A stretch of 63,991 bases of DNA, the filler included, from Welwitschia mirabilis (lineage: Eukaryota): assembly GCA_051453625.1 (NCBI GenBank). It is 4 parts of one record of this genome, joined end to end, with 100 filler letters (N's around TTAATTAATTAA, not from the genome) between each part and the next. Parts side by side here need not be neighbours in the genome. Positions count along the whole stretch, not along the records: positions 1 to 31,671 come from JBOZIK010000001.1; positions 31,772 to 50,951 come from JBOZIK010000001.1; 2 more parts are not named here. The stretch is one strand, 5' to 3'. The position numbers and the translations under genes were made by a program. Below, piece after piece: positions 26,800 to 40,319 of the stretch; position 1 is the first letter of the stretch, and each line of letters begins with the position of its first letter. Under the pieces are notes generated by a model. The model did not search any database and was not told where the DNA came from. It was given only the letters and a program-made list of their open reading frames with translations.

Positions 26800-29700
26800 T
26801 GGATAATAGGTGGATATATTTTTAAATATAGATTGTAATTAGTAGAAATTGAAAGGAGTTAAGGGAAAGTGATAATATATTAGAGTATGATGACTTAGAT
26901 GTGATTGATGAAGAACAAGATGAACTAGAAGATACCTACCAAGAACTATACCTATAATGCAAAAAGTTAGCTACATGGATAAACAATCTGAACAAGAATG
27001 TAATCTCTCTCATCCAGGAAAAGAAGGAAATGAAATGAATATTCAAGAGGATCAAATATGAAAACTTTAATCTCACCCTATATGTAAACTATTTATCTCA
27101 TTTTGTTAATAAATTTTTTGTTGATTCTTCCAAATTAGAATAGGTGGTTAGAGTTTAGAAACCTATTAGTGATAAGTCAGGTATTGGATTCATCTCATAA
27201 AAACCTCAAAAGTAGCAAAATCAGGTAACATGATAAAGTAAGTTCTTATTAAAAGATACTTATCATTTTTTTAGAAAAATTAGTCATTCAAAAGTTTTAT
27301 GCAATGCTAGAAAATTAATGTTTTTTTTAAACTCAGTTAGTAATTTCCTTTTAAATTCATTCCATAAGGATGTGTACTACATAAGTCTTAAAAGACTATG
27401 TAGATGAAAGCTAATAATCCTAAAAGTCTTTTAATTCAGACATCCTTCAAGATTTCAAATGGTAGTAGCTGGTATCTGGATAGTGGGTGTTCAAGGCATA
27501 TGACAAGAGACAAATCTAGGTTCAAGTAATTAAGAAACTTTGATGGAGAAGAGATGATTTTGGTAGTAATAGAAGAGTAAAAATAAAAGGCATTGGAAGC
27601 ATCAGTGGAGGTAACTTTCTTATAATTAATGAAGTTTTGTATGTAAATGATTTAAAAAATAATTTATTAAGCATTAGTCAAATATGTGANNNNNNNNNNN
27701 NNNNNNNNNNNNNNNNNNNNNNNNNNNNNNNNNNNNNNNNNNNNNNNNNNNNNNNNNNNNNNNNNNNNNNNNNNNNNNNNNNNNNNNNNNNNNNNNNNNN
27801 NNNNNNNNNNNNNNNNNNNNNNNNNNNNNNNNNNNNNNNNNNNNNNNNNNNNNNNNNNNNNNNNNNNNNNNNNNNNNNNNNNNNNNNNNNNNNNNNNNNN
27901 NNNNNNNNNNNNNNNNNNNNNNNNNNNNNNNNNNNNNNNNNNNNNNNNNNNNNNNNNNNNNNNNNNNNNNNNNNNNNNNNNNNNNNNNNNNNNNNNNNNN
28001 NNNNNNNNNNNNNNNNNNNNNNNNNNNNNNNNNNNNNNNNNNNNNNNNNNNNNNNNNNNNNNNNNNNNNNNNNNNNNNNNNNNNNNNNNNNNNNNNNNNN
28101 NNNNNNNNNNNNNNNNNNNNNNTAATTTATTAAGCATTAGTCAAATATGTGACAAAGGTTACAAGGTAGTCTTCGATAAATTAAAATGTTTTTCGTGGAA
28201 AATCTAATAATGTAATTCTTAGAGTAAGTAGAATAGAAAAATATATAGCATAGATCAATTATTTTCTCCATGTTATTTTTCAAACATTCCTCAAGAAGAG
28301 CTTCGGCATAAACAATTAGGTCATGTTAATTATAATTGGTTAAAAATAATTATTAATAAAAAGATTGTAAAAGGTACTCCTAAGATAAATATAGAAAAAT
28401 AAGGTTTATGTGATGCATGCCACAAAGGAAAACAAATAAAAACTTAACATAAAAGTAAAAACCAGACTTCCACAACTATGCCATTAGAGCTTACTCATAT
28501 GGATCTAGTAGGTCCCAGTCAAACTCAAAGTCTAGATGGTAATTTTCTCAATATAGTTGACGACTTCTCTAGATGTACTTGGGTAGCTTCTTGTCAAACA
28601 ATTCTAAAGCATACAAATGTTGGATTGAGATATGTAAAAAGATTCAAAATGAAAAAGGGTATATCATAAATAAAATAAGAATGGATTATAATGGTGAATT
28701 TTAAAATCATTTTTTTGAGAAATATTGTATTGATAATGGAATTGATCATCAATTTTTAGTGCAAAGACACCACAACAAAATGGTATAACTAAAAGAAAGA
28801 ACAAAGTTATTTAATAAATGGCATGAACCATGTTAAATGATAGAGATATCCCTAAATTGTTTTGGACTAAGGTAGTTATCATAGCATGCTATATTACTAA
28901 CAAAGTATATCTTAGGCCCGATATAGATAAAATGCCATATGAATTATGGAAAGGAATACAACCTAATGTTTCATATTTTAAAGTCTTTATAAGTAAATGC
29001 TATGTGCTAAAAGATAGAAAATATTTGAGCAAATTTAACTCTAAAGTTGATAAAGCTATTTTTTTAGGTTACTCAACTAGAAGTAGAGCCTATTATATTT
29101 TTAACAAGAGAAGTTAAATGATAGAAGAATCAATAAATGTAAAAATTAATTAGATTGACACAAAACCAAACTACGCAAATAAAGAGAAAGCCATAATTAC
29201 AAGTATCCCCACAACTAATGAAGTAACTACTAAAAGTAATAAAGTTCTATTAAAAGAAGGCATACCAAAAATGCCCTAATTATTAAAAGATCATCCTTTA
29301 GAATCTATTATAGGAGAAGTTAATTCAAAAATAAAGATAAGGGGTTCTATGAAGAATTTGTGTACTCACATTTTTTATGTTTTAAAAATAGAACTTAAGA
29401 AATTGAAGAAGCTAAAATTTATGAGGAATGGATGATGGCAATGCAAGGTGAGATACAATAGTTCAAGAGAAATGATGTTTGGAAGCTTGTAGAAAGGTCA
29501 AAAGATAAAAATGTCATTAGAACTAAGTGGATTTTTAAAAAATAAATGTAGTGAAGAAACTAATATCATTAAAAAGAAGATAAAATTAGTAGCACAAGGC
29601 TATAATTAGATAGAAGACATTAATGTAGGTGATATCTTTGCTCTTGTTACAGGGCTAGATAGCATTAGGATATTTTTATTTTTTATAGCCTTTAGGAATT

Positions 29701-30427
29701 TTAAAGTTTATCAAATGGATGTAAAGAGTGCTTTTCTAAATGGTACTTTAAATGAAGAAGTTTATATAGAACAACCATAAGGTTTTATTGATCCTTATAA
29801 AATTGATCATGTGTATATCCTTAAAAAAGCCCTGTATGGATTGAAACAATCTTCAAAAGCTTGGTATGAGAAGCTAGCCACTTTTTTAAATGAAAATAAA
29901 TATATTCGTGGAACTGTAGAAAAAACCTTATTTGTAAAGAACTTGAGAAAGGATTTCATTATTATATAGATTTATGTAGATTATATTATATTTGATGCCT
30001 TAAATGAAAAGTTTTCAAAAGAATTTGTAACTATTATAAAAACTTATTTTGAAATGAGTATACTTGGTAAAGTAAAAATGTTTCTTAAACTACAAATCAA
30101 GTAATGAAAAGATGGGATATTTATTTCTTAATCCAAATATGTAAGAGGTTTGGATTAGAAAATGCAAAAGTAACTAACACTCCTACGTCTACATCATGTA
30201 AAGTGAGTTTGAACGAAAATGGTAAACCAATGGATCAAAAACTTCATAGAAGTATTATTAGTAGTTTACTATATTTAACTACAAATAGATTAGAAATTAT
30301 GTTTAGTGTTAAAGTATGTACAAGGTATCAATCCCAATTAAAAGAATCACATCTACAAGTAGTAAAATGAATAATCAAGTACATAAAAGGCACATGTGAT
30401 TATGGCTTATGGTATCTTAATAGACAT
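26800..30427 (+). pseudogene. pol: Shortened gag plus pol (protease, integrase, RT) of C2, cut before RNase H
   Basis: 'WYLDSGCSRHMT' (about 27470-27505), 'NNLLSISQICDKG', 'PLELTHMDLVGP', 'FWTKVVIIACYITNKVY...IFLGYSTRSRAY', RT 'QMDVKSAFLNG' (about 29712-29745) and 'ESHLQVVK'. Confidence 0.92.
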
Positions 30428-31671
30428 CATTATGGTATGAATTTATACAATCCTGAAGTTCTTTAGGTAAACCTGTAAATCAAATAACTTGCAAAAAACA
30501 CACACTAGCATAGACAGGAGTTCACTAGAATGTCATAATCCCAACAAAAGCCTAGGCTAAGAGTTAAAGAATTAATTTCTAATATATTTTTGGTCTTTTA
30601 TCTTATAAAAACTAAAAGTAAGTAAATAAGTAAATGCAATACAAATGAATGGAAATGCAATGCAAGTGAAAATGAAATAAACTCTCTTGGTTCCTAGTCC
30701 TTCTATTACAAGAACTAACCTCTCTATAATTTAGATCAATTAATAAGAGTATTCACTAGTTCTTAACTAACATAAACTATGAGATCTACCAAGAAAAATA
30801 TAAAATGCAATATGAAATGGAATGGAGAAACAATAAAAATCTAATACTAACAAGGTCAACCTTAATAAAGGTTTCCCTTGTGATCTAGATAAATTACAAA
30901 GTTGTCATAATAAATTATGATTAATGTAAATTATAAGGGACATACAAAATTAAAATGAAATAGCAATTATATTGAAAAAGAGTATTGGATTAATTCAAGA
31001 ATCTTATATCTACTTACAAATAGAATAACAACACTTTAATATAAGAGACTCATCCTAATACCAAGGAAACTCCTTTATGTAGCTCTAGATGGATTTCTTG
31101 TTCTTCAATCTTTCATCACAAGCATATCAGATATAAAAGATGAAAACAAAAATAAAAGAGGAGAAGGCTATTTATAGTTTTACATTAAGGTTCTAGAAAC
31201 TAAACCTAAGAAGTCAGAAAAGAAACCCTAATAACTCACATGAGTCACTTGATCCCATTACAAATATATTTCTTTCCAACCATACAAAAATAGTTGTCAT
31301 CTTGACTATCTTTAGGATGACATCAGGGATGTTGCCCTACTTCAAATATCTTCATGCCTCATTATCAGCCCTGCAGCTTCTGTCCTGGTCAGCAGTGTCG
31401 TCGTTCTACATGTCATGGAGATAACATAGGGAATGATAGTCTTCCTTATCTCCAATCTGAAAGGTAAATTAGTCTTTTGTATTATGAAGTCTTCTTTCAA
31501 ATATGCAGTGTCAAAATAAGCTTGAGAATCTGCCAAATATGCTAAGAATCACATGTTTTACTGATCATCCTATTAGATCTTTATGGTCATCAGTATTTTA
31601 TCTGTGTAAATTTCTTATAAAAGCACTCAAAATACACTATCAAATTAAATATCTTATAAAAGCACTCAAAA
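30428..31671 (-). repeat. LTR family A copy (solo LTR or element end) inserted in pol of C2
   Basis: Starts 'cattatggtatgaatttatac', a decayed tgttgcggtgtgtatttatgc; body resembles 2697-3780; the far end is lost in the gap. Confidence 0.75.
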
Positions 31672-31770
31672 NNNNNNNNNNNNNNNNNNNNNNNNNNNNN
31701 NNNNNNNNNNNNNNNTTAATTAATTAANNNNNNNNNNNNNNNNNNNNNNNNNNNNNNNNNNNNNNNNNNN

Positions 31771-33005
31771 NTAGCAAATTTAGTGTATCTTATGCAAAAA
31801 CTAGTTGCAGATTAGATGCTAAAGTCATGAATGTTAAAATCTGATCATTAGAAACCTCTCAAGTTCACTTACCCTTCTGAGGATTCGATCAAACTTTTAA
31901 GGGATCAACTACATCTGGAGCGTACTTTCAAAATTGAACTGAATTTAGAGGGGTTAACCAGACCTATGATGGGGTCGACTGAATTTGTGGACTTGGGAAC
32001 ATACTCTTAAACTGATTGTTAAGGGGTCGACTAGACCTGAGCACTCTGTAGCTAATATCCTTTNNNNNNNNNNNNNNNNNNNNNNNNNNNNNNNNNNNNN
32101 NNNNNNNNNNNNNNNNNNNNNNNNNNNNNNNNNNNNNNNNNNNNNNNNNNNNNNNNNNNNNNNGACTTGGGAACATACTCTTAAACTGATTGTGAAGGGG
32201 TCGACTAGACCTGAGCACTCTGTAGCTAATATCCTTGAGTTGATTATTATGAGGTTGATTGGACACCTGAAGTAATCGAATGAACCTGATACAGGAAATT
32301 GAAATGAACTTTTATTAGGACTAGCAGGAGATTGGACAAAATTATGGGTGACTGGACGAGAGTTAACTAGATCCTACGGGGTTGACCAAACATGGAGTCG
32401 TAAGAAACTGGGATGACCAAAAAGTTTACTCAAGTGACTTGTATAAGTTATAGCACCAGGAGGGATATAACTAAAGGAGATCTATCATTTATTGTATCTG
32501 TACACTCAAGTTTTAATCTAGTACTTCATTTATTGTATTATCTACAGGAGAAGAGCTCCATTAAAATTATAGTATGGAAGAATGAGTGATATTTATGCAT
32601 CAAGGCATTCCTACCATTACTATTACATCCTCTAAAGATTAAGACTAAGCTTGAAAAAGTCTATTGGAAAGGTTGAGACTTAGCTTAAAAAATTCTATGT
32701 GTAAAGATTACGGTGAATTTGAAATACCTGGAAGAGTTAACAAAGATTCAGATCAAGCTTGGGATAAGTTAATCATCAAGAGTGGAGTAGGGAGTTTTCT
32801 TAACCACTATAAATCTTGCATGAATTTGATCTATACTTTATTCTTTCTGTTAGTTTTATTCCTTTAAATACTTTTAGTTTTTTTTTTTGTATGCACGAAT
32901 TTAATAGCAAATTATTTTAAGCAAGTTTCTATTATATCGTGAGTTTATTTAGTTAGTTTTTAAAAAATTTATTCAACCCCACTTCTAGGGTTCTCGATAC
33001 TATTA
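31771..33005 (+). repeat. 3' LTR of element C2
   Basis: Colinear with 25350-26665; ends 'gatactatta' followed by the TSD. Confidence 0.88.
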
Positions 33006-33010
33006 AAGAA

Positions 33011-34300
33011 TACCTTTTATAATGTTTTTATGAATAATCATTTTTAATTGATCATAATTAACATGAATTAATTGTTTTTGCCATACCTCTTCTTAAGGAA
33101 CATTTGAGAAATAACATTGGGAAAATGATTAATCTATGATATATATGTTTTCTATTCTATTTGCTCTAAGAATAACATCATTTGATTTTTCATGAAAAAT
33201 TTCACATTTTAAGTTACTAAAACTACCTTGTGACCTTTGTCACATATTTGACTAATACTCAATAAATTATACTTTAAACCATTCCAATACAAAACTTCAT
33301 TAATTTTAGGAAGGTTACCTCTACCAATGCTTCTGATACCTTCTAATTTTTCTCTTTTGTCATCACAAAAAGTCACTTACCCTCCATCAAACTTACTTAA
33401 TTACTTGAATCTATATTTATCTCTTATCATATTCCATGAACACCCACTGTCCAGATACCTGCTACTACTATTTGAGACTTTGAAAGCTGTCTGAATTAAG
33501 AGACTTTTAAGATCATTATCTTTTATCCACTTAGTCTTTTTAGACTTATGTGGTATACCTTCTTTTGGAATGAATTTAAAAGGAAAATAACTAACTGAGT
33601 TTGAGATCAACATTAATTTTCTATTATTACAAAAATGTTTTAAATGACCTACCTTTCCATAAAAATGATAAGTAACTTTTAAAATGAACTTATTTTATCA
33701 TGTTACCTGATTTTTCTGCCTTTGTAGTTTTTAAGAGATGAACCCAATACCTAACTTATTACCAATAGGTTTTTGAACTCCAAGCATCTATTCTAATTTG
33801 GAATAATTACCAAAAAATTTATTAATAAAATGAGATAAATCTTTTACTTTTAAGATGAGATTCGAGTTTTTAGATTTGATCTTCTTGTATCTCAATTCCA
33901 TTTCCTTCTTTTCTTTGGTAAGAAACTTTACAATCTTATTTAGATCATTTATTCTTTTAGCCATCTTTTTACATTCTAAGTATAGTTCATGATAGGTATT
34001 TTCTAGCTCATCCTATTCTTCATTAATCACATCTAAATCATCATGCTTTCATGTATTGGATAAGTTCTATAGAGGAGGCACAATTACCATGAAAGAAAGT
34101 CTTTTGCCTTTATCAAATTCTTGAACTATTTTATTGTCACTTTCCCATGACTCCTTTGCATATCCACTATTTGTAATCTATTTTAAAATATATTCACATA
34201 CTATTCAAACTCTACCAATAATAATATAGGTGTCTAAGAAGAGCACATTTAAAAAATCAACAGAAGGATTACTTATTTTTGGATTCTAGAGTCTAGATTA
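33011..34300 (-). pseudogene. gag: Shortened gag, protease and start of GAG-pre-integrase of element C
   Basis: Reverse complement is colinear with 26700-28380 of C2; protease motif in ORF 33401-33613. Confidence 0.85.
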
Positions 34301-34342
34301 GTTAAAATCTAAAAATGAACTCAATCTTACTCTAATACTAAT

Positions 34343-35456
34343 TATGGGTATTGAGAAACCTAGAGGAGGGGTAAATAGATTCTTTAAAAAAATATTCAAA
34401 TAAACTTATAATAAAAATTACTTGAAATAAATCACTAGAAAACTTTTGCATATAACTAAGAGTCTTTAGAAAAATGAAAATAATAGAAAGCAGAAAAAAT
34501 ATCGACCAAATACATGCAAGTTTTATATTGATTTGAGAAACTCCCTACTCCACTCCTGATGATTAGCTTATCACTAAGCCTGATCCAGATCTCTATTAAT
34601 GCTTCTAAGTATTACAGGTTTACCTGTAACATTTACATACTGACTTTTGTAGGGTAAGTTTCAACCTTTTCAACAAACTTTTGCAGGCTCAGTCTTAACC
34701 TTCTGAGGAGGTGATAGTAATGGTAAAATGCCTTGGTGTACTAATATCACTCATTCTTCAATTCAAATTATAGTGACAGAGCTTTTATCCTATAGATGAT
34801 ACAATAATGAAGTACAAGATCTAACTTTGAATCCACAGATATAATAAATAATGGCTCGTCCTTGGTTAGGAATACAATAGCAAACTAGTATAATAATAAA
34901 CCACAATTTTCAAATATTTGGCCAAAGATCAAAAAGCTCTTTTAGTGATTTCTTTCTTAGTTATTTATAATGGAAGGCTTTTAGGATTATTACAATTAGA
35001 AATATGCTTTCAATGGCTATAAACAAATACAAAATGAATACATAACAGATATAAAATTTCATTTTCATTTTAGTCGATTGACCCCTCTTGGTGTCATGAC
35101 TTAAAAAAGTAGCCTGAGTAAACTTTTGATCATCCTAGTTTCTTATGGCTCCATGTCCGATCGACCCCTCAGGATCTAGTTGACCCTTCATTCATTCACT
35201 CGCATAACTATTCATTCATCCATTTGTCCTGATGAAAATTCATTCCAATTTTTGCATCAGGTTCATTCAACTCCTTAGGTATCTAGTTGATCCCTCAAGA
35301 GGGTAAGTGAACTTGACAAGTTTCTAATGATCAGAATGTGATATTCCTAACTTCAGTATCTAACCTATAAGTAATTAATATTTTCTGCATAAGATACACA
35401 AAATTTGCTTCATAAAAAAATTAGTTTAACATCAATTTGCAAAACATAATCTAATA
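34343..35456 (-). repeat. 5' LTR of element C
   Basis: Colinear with 19478-20597; adjacent PBS remnant ctctaatacta (reverse complement tagtattagag). Confidence 0.9.
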
Positions 35457-38400
35457 AGTTTTACCTATTAAAAAAGTTTAACTTATGATATTAAGGAAGA
35501 ATTTAAGTAATGAAACAAAATCAGTGAATAAGAATCAACTTAGTAACAGTAACTCAATAACTAAAAATAAGTATTATAGTTTAGAATTAATAAGATTATT
35601 CAACAAAGAGGAAGAAGAATCAACTCAGGAAATATTAGAAAATCTCCTCTCACATAATGAAGACAATGACAAATTTCCTTTCTATAATCTTTTTAATGAT
35701 CTTTTTGATGAATCTGCCAACTTAGAAAAGAAAAATAATCCTTAACAAAAGAATAAGGAGTTCAACAAAGAAGAGTAAGATATAACCAATTATATCAATN
35801 NNNNNNNNNNNNNNNNNNNNNNNNNNNNNNNNNNNNNNNNNNNNNNNNNNNNNNNNNNNNNNNNNNNNNNNNNNNNNNNNNNNNNNNNNNNNNNNNNNNA
35901 ATCTGCCAACTTAGAAAAGAAAAATAATCCTTAACAAAAGAATAAGAAGTTCAACAAAGAAGAGTAAGATATAACCAATTATATCAATAATGAAGAAAAG
36001 GGAGACATGATCAAAGAACATAATGAAGAAAGTAAAGAAAGCATTCAACCAAGTAATGATAAAATTAACAATGAAAAGGAGAGGATTAAAGAAGAATCAA
36101 TTGAAAATCAAATAAACTTAATGCGAAATAGACTTATATCTTTCAATTAAAAAAACCAACTTAAAGAGTCTCTACATGTTTCTCCATGTCTTTCACTTAT
36201 ACGTCTATGCAAAACCTCAAATGAAATTCCTCCTTCTACTTCTACATTACCTTGTGACTTTGACAGTGATAACCTCTCTCCCTTTATCCCTTTTTGAACT
36301 TTCAAGTAATTCTTCAATTCACATCCCTGTTCTTAAAATTAATAAGATACATCATCTTGAGAACTCTACTACAAAAATCTCTCAATCCTTTCCTTTTAAA
36401 CTTTATGTTCTATAAGAATTACAATCTTTTCATCTTTTACAAAGTCAACTCTACCTTGTGCTTTTAATATTATCCTTTTCAAAAACAAGACTTGGGATAT
36501 CTTAAAACTCTAAATTGGGGTAAATATTATCTTCTTGATTCAAATCCATGCTTAGAATTAAATGTTAAGGAGCTTCTTAGGTATGTTAAACCTATCTTAA
36601 TCACTCAATCTATGAAGTTTCTTCTAAAACCTTAGATCCCAAATTATACCATTAATGTCTCCCATGTTTAATATTAATATTTCAATGTAATTTATGTTTT
36701 AAATCCTTTATACCATGAGTTTGTAAGAGATTATTTTTTCATGAGTTGTATTAATTTTTTATCTCTTATATTACTGCTAAATCTTGTGGAGATAAAATGT
36801 CATGTGGTCATTAGAAGAAGCCTTATTTTCTTATTGGAAATCCATATCTTAAATCAAATGATAGAAAACTTCTTAGTGGATGTTTTAAAGAGTCCTAAAA
36901 ATCTTCTTGAATACTTTCTTTGAGTACCTCCTTGCATGCATTTTATAATGATACTCATAATTCATAATGTATTCATAAGAGATTATTTATCAAGAATACT
37001 TATCACATCTTTATCTCTTATTTGAATTCTAAAATTTATGCTATCAAAATTTTATCTTTATACTCTCTCTTGATTTAATTAATTTTAATAAAAAATGATT
37101 GTATACTTTTTATGTTTTATTAATTGGTGAATATTTCATTTGGTCCTTATTTTTTTGAAAGACTGTAATATCCTAAGACCATAGCCTTTAAACAGTNNNN
37201 NNNNNNNNNNNNNNNNNNNNNNNNNNNNNNNNNNNNNNNNNNNNNNNNNNNNNNNNNNNNNNNNNNNNNNNNNNNNNNNNNNNNNNNNNNNNNNNNNNNN
37301 NNNNNNNNNNNNNNNNNNNNNNNNNNNNNNNNNNNNNNNNNNNNNNNNNNNNNNNNNNNNNNNNNNNNNNNNNNNNNNNNNNNNNNNNNNNNNNNNNNNN
37401 NNNNNNNNNNNNNNNNNNNNNNNNNNNNNNNNNNNNNNNNNNNNNNNNNNNNNNNNNNNNNNNNNNNNNNNNNNNNNNNNNNNNNNNNNNNNNNNNNNNA
37501 GGCCATTATGATATCACTTGATCATCTTTCAAACATGACTTATGTATTTATTTTTATAACTAGTCTTTGACTTGGGCATTTTATAGTGGTAAGATTGGGT
37601 TCAATCAATATTAAGATATTTACACATCTATGAACTTCAATTTAAAGGAAAATGCTTTATTTTTTATGTTTTTCTCAATGATGAAAAGTTCTTAGATTGT
37701 TTAAGGGTGTTCTTTCCTATCCTTTATCTCATTACTTCAACTTTATGTTTTGGAGTATTTGGTTATGTGGAACATTTTTCTAATGCATTAAAAAAAAAAA
37801 AAAGAGGGAAAAAAGTAAAATAAGGCTATGATGTATTATATTTGAGATAGCTCAAAAGCGTGGTTACTATGATGTCCTAATATAAGTACACTAGGGCAAA
37901 TTTTCCCAAAATGGGCCTTTAGCAGTGTAATATGGTAGCTATGGCAACTCGACTAGGAGGTAAGTTGGCCATGCTTGATGGATCATTACTTCTTTTACTG
38001 TGGTTGTACTCCCCTCATCATGGATAGTTAAATAATAAATAATAAAAACATTGAGGCTATAGGATCAATGATGTTCCTAGTATCATTAAAGATATTACTT
38101 GTTCCCTAGACTCTTAGTCTTTCCACATGCTCATTTCATTTGTAAAGATTTAGGTGTCTGTTTTAATATATAAGTAATTAAATTCATTTTTGAACAACTC
38201 TTTGATCTTATCACTTATTGTTTAAAGCATTTGATTTTTTTCCTAGTATTATCAAATAGAATTTTTTATACATCAAGTTAAGCATTTTTAAATCAAGTGA
38301 TGTTATGATTTTTTCCACAAGAATCTACTAGGTTAAAATTTAGGATAAGTAGGCTATCTTCTTTATGTTTCCTTATGTCCATTCTTTTTATTTTCTTTCA

Positions 38401-39094
38401 TCGATCAATTAGTTATTTCAAAGTCATTTCTGTATTTTTTTATCATTTTAATACCTTAACATTTAATGGTTTCCTTGTCTAGTTTTTAATAAATAATTCA
38501 TTTCTTGCTCAGATGAGTTTCCTTAACAATTTTTTGATGTCTATTTTCAATTTTTAAAGTTCTAAATGCTTCTCTTAAAATACTTTTTGTACTAGCATAT
38601 TTTTTGGACATTCATGGGTCTGCTTCATCCTAGTTAGCACATTTTCACTGCCCACCTTTTTCATGCTTGTCAAAATATTTTGTATATCTCTATTTTTCAA
38701 ATCTGACATTTCTACACTCACCTGTGTACTTAATTCAGATAGTTGTCCAAATTCAAAAATACCCATCATCCATATTCTCATTATTGTTTGCTTTCTTTGT
38801 TTCATTAACCAATATGGAATGTATTGTTTTTCTCGAGGAAGGGTAGGACTCATCTGCATGGCTCATTTTCATAATTTTTCACATTATTTTAGAACTTTCA
38901 TAAGACATAAATTTTGAAATTCTCACTTCATACACATGATGTGTTACGTGTTATTTTACTATGTAATGGGTTTGAGATTATTTATGAGCCTATATTATAA
39001 TTTGCAAATTGATTTTTTAAAGATAATTTGTCTTTCAGTTGTAGTTATTCATTTGGATTTTGTTAGGGACTGAAAAAGGCTAAATGAAGGGATA

Positions 39095-40314
39095 TGATGC
39101 ACTACCAAATTATATGTATTTAATGAGGTGTTATAAGCCATTTTGTAGGATACTTATATAGGTTTAGATATAATTCCAAGTATTATGAAGAATTGATAAA
39201 AGATCTTAGAAATATTCAATTCATGGCATGATTAGAGGTATTTAAATCATATTTTAATACATTTTACCTTAGAGGAAGATTACTAATAAAAAAGGCTAGC
39301 TTATCTTGAGTTAGAAGGATAAAGAAGACTGTTGTCCCCTCTATCGTCCTTACAATAGGCAGGACGATATCACTATAGATGCCACATGGGAATGCTGATA
39401 TAGATTAGAGCTGATACTGCTGATCGTCTTTTGTAAAGGGATGTTATCCCCATGGTCATTCCCACAACATGTAGATGATAAATGTAATATTTGAGCCATC
39501 ATCCCCTTGGTCGTCCCTACGACAGGAAGAATGACACTTATAACTACTAGGTGATCTTTTTCTATTTCATCTATTTCTTTCTTGTAATTAAGTATATTTT
39601 TCAATTCCTTTTGTGTGATGGTTTTGCTTCTTAACCCTATAAATAAGGCCCCCCTTTGACTCTCTTATCCATCTTCATTAGCACTAAACAATTTTGTGAT
39701 AAGAGATTAAAGGGTAGGAGATCCATCTCACGAGTTGTAAAAAGAGGTTTCCTTGGTGAAGGACGATGCATCCTCCATTGAGGCTCAACTATTTTATAAT
39801 CCAGATGCTAGTTCTATGTTAATATAAAAACTCTACTTCATTTATGCATTTGGTTTATGTTGTCCTTGATGTAGTGATAGTTCCATTGACAATATATGTC
39901 TTAAGAGTAGACTTTATTAAGGCTAAAGAAAGTAGTTTTAGATTCATTTTTCATTGCATTTATTTAACTTGTGTAATATCTTAGGTTAGTCTTGGTTAGT
40001 AACAGTCATCTTAACTCATTTAGATTATACAGGACTCATCCTCTTAACCTGTTAATTCAATACTCAGATAGATGTTTATTTAGGTTAAGTTCATTTGCAT
40101 TGCATTGCATATTTACTTTCTTGCATTAGTTCTTAAGTTTTGGTTATCATATTCTCTTTAAAAATCAATTCTCATTCTTATCTTATAAGTCTTCAATTGG
40201 TCAAGACATTTGAATCACTCCCATTTATACTAGAGTGTGTATTTTGCAATCTATATACATTGATTTATAGGATTTTAAGTAAGACATAAAGTTGCAAAAA
40301 TACAAACAACAATA
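39095..40314 (+). repeat. LTR family A, 3' LTR, with a purine-rich PPT at about 39072-39094
   Basis: Aligns with 16567-17766; preceded by 'gaaaaaggctaaatgaagggata'. Confidence 0.9.
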
Positions 40315-40319
40315 AACAT

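Larger units (their letters stand above)
25302..33005 (+). mobile_element. Ty1/copia Sirevirus-type element C2 (same family as C), inserted antisense into the GAG-pre-integrase region of C
   Basis: 5' LTR 25302-26665, PBS 26668-26679, 3' LTR 31771-33005 (start lost in a gap). TSD aggaa (25297-25301) / aagaa (33006-33010). The host reading 'aaaggtattc|ctaagataaat' rejoins across the insertion. Confidence 0.9.
19478..35456 (-). mobile_element. Ty1/copia Sirevirus-type element 'C' (minus strand), interrupted by a same-family copy
   Basis: LTRs 34343-35456 (5') and 19478-20597 (3'). PBS remnant at about 34329-34340. PPT 'aaaaggggagat' at 20598-20609. Protease 'RYLDSGCSWNM' (ORF 33401-33613), integrase, RT 'MDVKSAFLN...YIDDIIFG' and RNase H. 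TSD is weak (ttttt / agttt). Confidence 0.88.
16567..40314 (+). mobile_element. Athila-type Ty3/gypsy element without recognisable pol (non-autonomous, LARD-like), inserted in gag of element B
   Basis: LTRs 16567-17766 and 39095-40314, both starting tgatgcactaccaaatt. TSD agcat (16562-16566) / aacat (40315-40319). PBS and PPT present. Its own internal DNA (17767-19477 and 35457-39094) shows only acidic low-complexity ORF remnants. Confidence 0.85.

Noticed and set aside
27637-28207. Long ORFs of 150-170 aa in the ORF track (also 37147-37506, 31964-32275, 48185-48400)
   Set aside because: They consist mostly of X from N gaps.
31716-31727. TTAATTAATTAA palindrome embedded in N runs (also at 50996-51007 and 62605-62616)
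   Set aside because: An identical 12-mer flanked by Ns three times is a scaffolding linker with stops in all six frames, not biology. Adjacency across these gaps is uncertain.
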